Shown: in pieces, positions 58,875-64,000 of the stretch
How the letters are laid out: each line of letters opens with the position of its first letter
Numbering within the stretch: position 1 is the first letter of the stretch
Assembly: GCA_020444325.1 (NCBI GenBank)
Contig: JAHLLD010000001.1
Location: forward strand, 580,964 to 644,963
DNA from: a bacterium
Lineage (GTDB): Bacteria; Bacteroidota; Ignavibacteria; SZUA-365
Direction of reading: 5' to 3'
Length of the DNA stretch: 64,000 bases
Program-made: the position numbers and the translations under genes
Notes under the pieces: generated by a model
Told to the model about the DNA's origin: nothing
The model's input: only the letters and a program-made list of their open reading frames with translations
Database searches by the model: none

Positions 58875-58891
58875 CCCCAGTGTTGTACCTG

Positions 58892-59785
58892 TTATTTCTC
58901 CCAGCGGACGGCCACTGAACCCACCCCCGACTGAAGCTTCATCAGTACCTTGTTTTCACTATCGGCGAAGTTCTCCGTTCTGTACACGTTATCGCTGTGC
59001 TGCACGAAATGGTACATCTTTTTTGAACTCAGCCAACTGTCGCTGGTCAGCGCCTTTGCACCGACATTTTTCGGCAGCGTGATCACGAGCGAACCCACAC
59101 CGACGTCAGAGCTGATCCGTGTTCTGCGTGGCAGCGCACCGGTGCAATCGAGCTGGTATTCTCCCAGTCCCCCTTCAAAGTCGAGATGTCTGAAACGGAG
59201 ATTCCCGATATGGCGTGTGCGCACCGAACCGACGCCCGCTGAAATGGAGACTTCGTCGATAATTTCCCGGTTGGGTCGGTCAGCGCTGATTCTCACGGAG
59301 CCGGCACCGGTTTCGAGTTCGAGTCCCCGTACGTGAATCCCTGTAAAATCCAGTGACGCACGCCCCGCGCCGAGCGTGATATCAAATCGAATGGGAACAT
59401 CGTTATTCATCGCGAGATACCAGGTGCGCGAAGACTGTCCCTGAAACAGACAGGCCAGCGCGTTCATATCATCACCATCTTCCGTATTCAGATCCAGCGT
59501 CAGATAGCCAATGCCATTTTCGACACGGTAATCAATGTCGACATCAGCGTACTCTTCCTCTTCTTCACTTTTTTTCTCGCGAAGCTGGAGAAGGGCGTTG
59601 CCATTGCCGCGCTTGAGGTACAGCGTCCCGAATCCGCCATTAATTGTGGCCACCACTTCACGTGCGCCACCGAGCTGCACGCTGCGTGCGCGTCCTTCCT
59701 GCGCCTGTGCAACAATGAGTGGCGGAAGCAGCAGCGCAAGTGTGAACAGCAGGATGCGGTCGATATTTCTTTCTGTACCTGTCAT
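58892..59785 (-). CDS. Hypothetical secreted all-beta protein, putative adhesin (DUF4097/DUF2807-like)
   Basis: Signal MTGTERNIDRILLFTLALLLPPLIVAQAQ. Repeated G-x-G-S-V-R segments (ETGAGSVRISA, SAGVGSVRTRH, QSGVGSVAVRW) as in the putative-adhesin DUF4097/DUF2807 families. The listed ORF extends 37 codons upstream. Confidence 0.4.
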   Translation of the reverse strand: MTGTERNIDRILLFTLALLLPPLIVAQAQEGRARSVQLGGAREVVATINGGFGTLYLKRGNGNALLQLREKKSEEEEEYADVDIDYRVENGIGYLTLDLNTEDGDDMNALACLFQGQSSRTWYLAMNNDVPIRFDITLGAGRASLDFTGIHVRGLELETGAGSVRISADRPNREIIDEVSISAGVGSVRTRHIGNLRFRHLDFEGGLGEYQLDCTGALPRRTRISSDVGVGSLVITLPKNVGAKALTSDSWLSSKKMYHFVQHSDNVYRTENFADSENKVLMKLQSGVGSVAVRWEK

Positions 59786-59894
59786 TCCGTCTCTATTGTA
59801 CGAAAAAATTCCGTTTGAGTTTCGCTCATGTTTCCCATCGCATTGATTTGCAGAATGGGGTTTCGTAAGTTTCAATAATAACAAGTTCAGGAGC

Positions 59895-60719
59895 ATGTTA
59901 CCTCAACTGAAACTTGACACATCGGCCGTTGCGGACCTCCTCACGGGCTTCGTTCGCAACGAGATTCACCGAACAGGTATCACACGCGCGGTTATAGGAC
60001 TCTCCGGTGGTGTGGATTCCGCCGTATCCGCATATCTGACTGCTGAGGCGCTCGGCGCAGACAATCTGCTCTGCGTCATGATGCCATACAGCAGCAGCAG
60101 TGCAGACAGTCTTTCGCACGCGCAGCTTGTCGTTGACCGGCTGGGTATTCACAGTGAGACGGTGGATATCACGCCCATGGTGGATCCGCTTATAGCGACG
60201 GACCCCGAAATGTCCAATGTCCGCCGTGGCAACATCATGGCGCGTGAACGGATGATCGTGCTCTACGACAGATCCTCACGTGAGAGAGCTCTCGTCGTCG
60301 GTACCGGAAACAAGACGGAGATGCTGCTCGGGTACAGTACCTTGTTTGGCGATTCCGCTTCCGCTGTCAATCCCCTCGGTGATCTTTACAAGACGCAGGT
60401 ATGGCAGCTGGCCCGGCATCTCGGTGTTCCCGATGAGATCGTAGACAAAGCCCCGAGCGCTGATCTGTGGACAGGACAGACGGATGAAGCCGAGCTGGGG
60501 TTTTCCTATCAGCAGGCCGACGAGCTGCTGTATTTCATGATTGATGAGCGCATGGATGATGCGCAGTTGAAAAAGAAAGGGTTTGAATCAGAGCTCATTG
60601 AAAACGTGCGACGGATGGTACGGCGCAACCAGTTCAAGCGTGTGCCTCCGCTCATCGCCAAGGTGGGTTATCGAACCGTGAACGCGGATTTTCGCTATCC
60701 GCGTGATTGGGGCTCCTGA
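59895..60719 (+). CDS. nadE: NH3-dependent NAD+ synthetase
   Basis: GLSGGVDSAV is the PP-loop SGGxDS motif. Length of about 270 aa matches the ammonia-dependent NadE. Confidence 0.9.
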   Translation: MLPQLKLDTSAVADLLTGFVRNEIHRTGITRAVIGLSGGVDSAVSAYLTAEALGADNLLCVMMPYSSSSADSLSHAQLVVDRLGIHSETVDITPMVDPLIATDPEMSNVRRGNIMARERMIVLYDRSSRERALVVGTGNKTEMLLGYSTLFGDSASAVNPLGDLYKTQVWQLARHLGVPDEIVDKAPSADLWTGQTDEAELGFSYQQADELLYFMIDERMDDAQLKKKGFESELIENVRRMVRRNQFKRVPPLIAKVGYRTVNADFRYPRDWGS

Positions 60720-60777
60720 ACGAAAGGGGTCTGCCGTCTGCGCAGGATGTTTTTCACACACAACCGTGGAAAAGGAT

Positions 60778-62901
60778 ATGTTCGAACGCAAAATTGAAGA
60801 GACCATCGCTTTCCTGCTGAAGGAAACCATCGCCGACCAGGAAAACATTACTTCGCGGCAGATTTTCGCGTCCGATGTACCCGATGCATTGAAACGGATG
60901 TTCGAGCAGGATGTGGATATATGGCTCAAGGAAGAAGAAGAACGGCTTCAACAGTCGCCGCATTTCCGGTATGAAGATAGTGCCGTGACCGAGCTGTTCG
61001 ACGGTATTCTTTCTCATGCACGTGAAAACGCGGTCTTTTCCCGCGAAGAGTATGTTCACACGCTCGAGAAAAACATCAAACTTCTTTTCAATTATCTCTG
61101 TCGGCCGCAGTGGACGCTGCACAAGTATCTTTTTGCGGACAGGGAAAACGCGTCGACGGATGATATCATCGACGGCCTCCGGTATTTCTGGGATTACGAG
61201 TATTACCCGGTGATTCTCCGCGAGTATTTCTCGAAAAAGGATCTGACCGTGATGCAGGAACGCAAGTTCAGCGAACTCCTCGGTCATGTCGACAGCGAGA
61301 TCGTCCGCAGTTTCGACAGCCGCAAACTTGCGCATCTGACTACGCCGCTGTTCAACCTCTTTTCCATGGGGAGCAAGGCGGAAGAGAAATTCGTGCCCGT
61401 CGAAGCGCTCTCGATTTTCTTCGATGACAAAAACCTCTCCTCCATCGTTGAGCGACTCGACCGTGAGAAGGAGCAGCGCGAACAGATCACAATGCACGAC
61501 CTGGTCATGCTCATCAGTGAAGTCGATTTCACCATGAGCTACGATATCTCCACAATTGTCAATCAGCATGTCCATCAGTCAGATGTTATGAAGCCGGAAC
61601 GGAATATCACTGCCGGAGAGGATTTCGAAGTTCCGAAAATCGTTACCCCGGAACATGAAGAGGAAAACCGCCGGGAGATCGGTGAGGAAGAATCCGACCT
61701 CGATTTCGTGATCACCGATGAAGAGGATGCCGTTGTCGAGCAGCATTACGACAGCATTCCCTCCATGGAAGACGATCTGCTTCTCGAAGAAGAACAGGAT
61801 GAGGAAGGACTCTCCGACGACCAGCAGCTGGCAAGCGATGAGTACGAGGACACCGTACCAGCGGATGCAGAAGACGACGATGTCGTGGAGCTGGAAGACG
61901 AAGCGTATATCGATAATGACGACCACCTGCAGGACGAGCTTCCTTCGGAGAATGAGGAGTACGAAAACGCGATACTCGAAGAGGATGAGGAGCTTCCGGA
62001 GATCGAAGACTACGATTCGACGGTCGAGACCATTCTCGATATCGAGCAGCAGCTTGAGGAGCAGGATACCATTCCGGAGATGACGCTGGAGGAGGAAGAA
62101 TCGGAGATGGAAGAATATTCGCTCGTTGAAGAAGAGAGCGACGCGATGGGAATGGGGGACCTTTCTGGTAGATCTTCAGCTTCCGGCGATGATTCCTCGT
62201 CATCCTTCCTCGATGAACTTCCCGATCTCTCGCTTGATGAGGATGAAGATGAGGTATCCGAGGAAACTTCGGATGACGCTTCTCCCGAAGGAGAGACATC
62301 TCTGAAGCTGGAATCCGAAAGTACGGAACTGGAGATTGACTGGGACAAGGAAGTGGAGGACATCCCGGATGTCGATCTCGAGGATGTCGAAGAGGAAGAG
62401 AAGGCATTGCCCGATGACAGCATCCCGGGCATTTCACTGGAAAACGAAGATCAGCTGAAGCCCGCAGAAGAACTGCTCGGTGAGTTGGATCTTGATGATC
62501 TCGATGATATGAAAAATTCTTCCTCCGGCGGCAGTGCTGATCGCAGGAATGATATTCCCATTGTCGAAGACCCCGTGGATCTTGACAGCGGCAGTGATCA
62601 CGCAGCAGAAGAAAAAGTCGAAGCTGCGCCCTCTCGTCCCGCCGAAGAAGTCATTGCGGAATTTGGCGACCTGCGTCAGCAGATCTCCGCGGCGGACAAG
62701 AAGAAATACGTCAAGAAACTGTTCAAGAAAGAAGATGATGCGTTGGACAGAGCGCTGGCCGCACTCAACGGCAAAGGCACCTGGCGCGAGGCATCCGAAT
62801 ATATAGACGAACTCTTCATCAAATACGACGTGGACATGTATTCACGTCTTGCCGTCAAGTTCACGGATGACGTGTACAAGCGGTACATCAACGAGAAATA
62901 A
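60778..62901 (+). CDS. Hypothetical protein with folded N- and C-terminal regions flanking a poly-acidic (Asp/Glu-rich) disordered core of about 300 aa
   Basis: Start MFERKIEETIAFLL. Residues about 290-600 are dominated by D/E (EEDEELPEIEDYD..., DELPDLSLDEDEDEVSEETSDD...). The C-terminal roughly 90 aa are basic and structured (KKKYVKKLFKKEDDALDRALAALNGKGTWREASEYIDELFIKY...). The listed ORF starts at 60703. Confidence 0.5.
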   Translation: MFERKIEETIAFLLKETIADQENITSRQIFASDVPDALKRMFEQDVDIWLKEEEERLQQSPHFRYEDSAVTELFDGILSHARENAVFSREEYVHTLEKNIKLLFNYLCRPQWTLHKYLFADRENASTDDIIDGLRYFWDYEYYPVILREYFSKKDLTVMQERKFSELLGHVDSEIVRSFDSRKLAHLTTPLFNLFSMGSKAEEKFVPVEALSIFFDDKNLSSIVERLDREKEQREQITMHDLVMLISEVDFTMSYDISTIVNQHVHQSDVMKPERNITAGEDFEVPKIVTPEHEEENRREIGEEESDLDFVITDEEDAVVEQHYDSIPSMEDDLLLEEEQDEEGLSDDQQLASDEYEDTVPADAEDDDVVELEDEAYIDNDDHLQDELPSENEEYENAILEEDEELPEIEDYDSTVETILDIEQQLEEQDTIPEMTLEEEESEMEEYSLVEEESDAMGMGDLSGRSSASGDDSSSSFLDELPDLSLDEDEDEVSEETSDDASPEGETSLKLESESTELEIDWDKEVEDIPDVDLEDVEEEEKALPDDSIPGISLENEDQLKPAEELLGELDLDDLDDMKNSSSGGSADRRNDIPIVEDPVDLDSGSDHAAEEKVEAAPSRPAEEVIAEFGDLRQQISAADKKKYVKKLFKKEDDALDRALAALNGKGTWREASEYIDELFIKYDVDMYSRLAVKFTDDVYKRYINEK

Positions 62902-62904
62902 CCT

Positions 62905-63885
62905 GTGTTTGTAGATCAAGTTACCATCACCGTGCGCTCGGGCAAGGGCGGTGCGGGGTGCGTGAGCTTTCGCCGTGAGAAATTCGTTCCGAAAGGCGGA
63001 CCTGACGGTGGCAATGGCGGACGTGGCGGCGATGTCGTCCTCGTCGCCAGCAGCCAGCTCCACACCCTGCTCGATCACCGGTACAAGCGAGAATATGCAG
63101 CGCCGGACGGTGCCCCGGGAGAAGCGTCGCGCCGCAGCGGGAAATCCGGCAGCGATCTGCGCATCGCGTTGCCTGTCGGAACGATTGTGCGCGATGCCGA
63201 AAGCGGAAAGATGCTCGTTGACCTTGTGGAGGACGGGCAGGAATTCATTGTGCTACAGGGCGGAATCGGCGGCCGCGGCAATGCGGAGTTCGCCACGGCG
63301 ACCAACCAGGCGCCACGCCGTGCCGAAACGGGGAGGCTGGGTGGCGAAGCCGTACTGTCTCTCGAATTGAAATTACTGGCGGATGTCGGACTTGTTGGCT
63401 TTCCCAACGCGGGGAAGTCCACGCTCATCTCTGTCATTTCCGCTGCGCAGCCCAAAATTGCCGACTATCCGTTCACGACGCTGCAGCCTAATCTCGGAAT
63501 TGTGCGATACCGCGAGTATGACAGTTTTACCGTGGCGGATATGCCCGGTCTCATCGAAGGCGCCCACGAGGGCAAGGGTCTCGGACATCAGTTCCTCCAG
63601 CATGTTGAACGCACCCGCGTTCTTGCTGTTCTCATAGACTGCATGTCCACCGACTATCCCGCCGATATCGACATCCTCCGTCATGAACTGACGAACTACA
63701 GCCAGGAGCTCGCCATGAAACCCTGGTTCATCGCGGTTTCGAAAACGGACGTCGCAGATGACGAGACCAGGGAGCGTATCGAAGAGCTCTCTGCGCGGTA
63801 CGACGTTACGGTGCTCTCTTTCTCCTCTGTAAGCGGGGAAGGCGTCTCTGCATTGAAGGACTTGATGTGGCGCATGATCACCTGA
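62905..63885 (+). CDS. obg: GTPase Obg/CgtA, short form lacking a C-terminal extension
   Basis: Obg N-terminal glycine-rich fold (FVDQVTITVRSGKGGAGCVSFRREKFVPKGGPDGGNGGRGGDV). G domain with GFPNAGKST and DMPGLIEGA. Confidence 0.9.
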   Translation: MFVDQVTITVRSGKGGAGCVSFRREKFVPKGGPDGGNGGRGGDVVLVASSQLHTLLDHRYKREYAAPDGAPGEASRRSGKSGSDLRIALPVGTIVRDAESGKMLVDLVEDGQEFIVLQGGIGGRGNAEFATATNQAPRRAETGRLGGEAVLSLELKLLADVGLVGFPNAGKSTLISVISAAQPKIADYPFTTLQPNLGIVRYREYDSFTVADMPGLIEGAHEGKGLGHQFLQHVERTRVLAVLIDCMSTDYPADIDILRHELTNYSQELAMKPWFIAVSKTDVADDETRERIEELSARYDVTVLSFSSVSGEGVSALKDLMWRMIT

Positions 63886-64000
63886 CAGGCAGGAAAACCC
63901 TCTCGGTGCTTGGCGGACTTTCGGCGTTACTCGTCGCAAGTGTGCTGATTGGTTTACGCGTAGGCGCATACGATATTTCCCTTCCCCACATTTTTCATCT
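63867..64000 (+). CDS. Start of a gene running off the window end. Its N-terminus resembles an ABC-transporter permease of the FecCD type (iron-siderophore/cobalamin uptake family)
   Basis: My own translation in frame 0: ...LSVLGGLSALLVASVLIGLRVGAYDISLPHIFH. This is a hydrophobic first TM followed by the 'G...isl' pattern seen at FecCD/BtuC N-termini. It is not in the ORF track because it is open-ended. The start codon is uncertain; a GTG at 63867 is possible. Confidence 0.3.
   Translation, partial: MAHDHLTGRKTLSVLGGLSALLVASVLIGLRVGAYDISLPHIFH

Noticed and set aside
60754-62437. Minus-strand ORFs (273 aa, 241 aa) through the acidic-protein gene
   Set aside because: They are reverse frames of GAA/GAG/GAT-rich DNA, giving Phe/Leu/Ser- or Pro/Arg-rich artefacts. 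The plus-strand frame has a structured N-terminus and C-terminus and sits in an operon with obg.
1-64000. CRISPR arrays, integrases/transposases and prophage modules
   Set aside because: There are no spaced identical repeats of 25-40 bp anywhere. The only tandem repeats are the short ones listed. There are no recombinase or transposase-like ORFs, and no phage structural gene signatures.

Overview
This 64 kb window looks like core chromosome from a high-GC bacterium of the Fibrobacteres-Chlorobi-Bacteroidetes (FCB) group. I infer that from four proteins ending in type-A type IX secretion system (T9SS) C-terminal sorting domains with an 'NYPNP(F/A)NP' motif, from TonB-dependent-receptor/lipoprotein pairs, and from possible Bacteroidota-style promoters.

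The chromosomal replication origin appears to be here. dnaA (45351..46802) is flanked by perfect DnaA boxes, AT-rich tracts and a switch in gene strand. Recognisable housekeeping genes are hflX, rsmI, fbp, ppiD, argS, rsfS, dnaA, glnD, murI, mutA/mutB (methylmalonyl-CoA mutase), nadE, obg and one tRNA-Leu(CAA).

The accessory content is dominated by secreted and outer-membrane proteins. The most unusual locus is a tightly packed four-gene minus-strand operon (14198..23339), with gaps of 4-11 bp. It encodes a DUF1800 protein, a DUF1501 protein that has both a twin-arginine (Tat) signal and a T9SS C-terminal domain, a 1359-aa LamG/choice-of-anchor-D T9SS cargo protein, and an OmpA-family beta-barrel protein with two OmpA domains.

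Other points of interest:
- a lipoprotein whose mature part is a Tyr/Gly/Trp-rich segment followed by about 180 aa of Arg/Ser repeats;
- a 700-aa protein with a roughly 300-aa poly-acidic core;
- an HflX with an acidic N-terminal extension containing a 15-bp x4 tandem repeat;
- a DUF2235 (Tle1-like lipase) gene next to a GIY-YIG-like gene;
- short tandem repeats in two intergenic regions.

The six-frame track omits ORFs that run off the window edges. By hand translation, a signal-peptide-bearing gene on the minus strand covers 1..1992, and a transporter-permease-like gene starts near 63867 and runs off the right edge. Many long antisense ORFs, typical of a high-GC genome, are rejected. No CRISPR array, integrase or transposase was seen.
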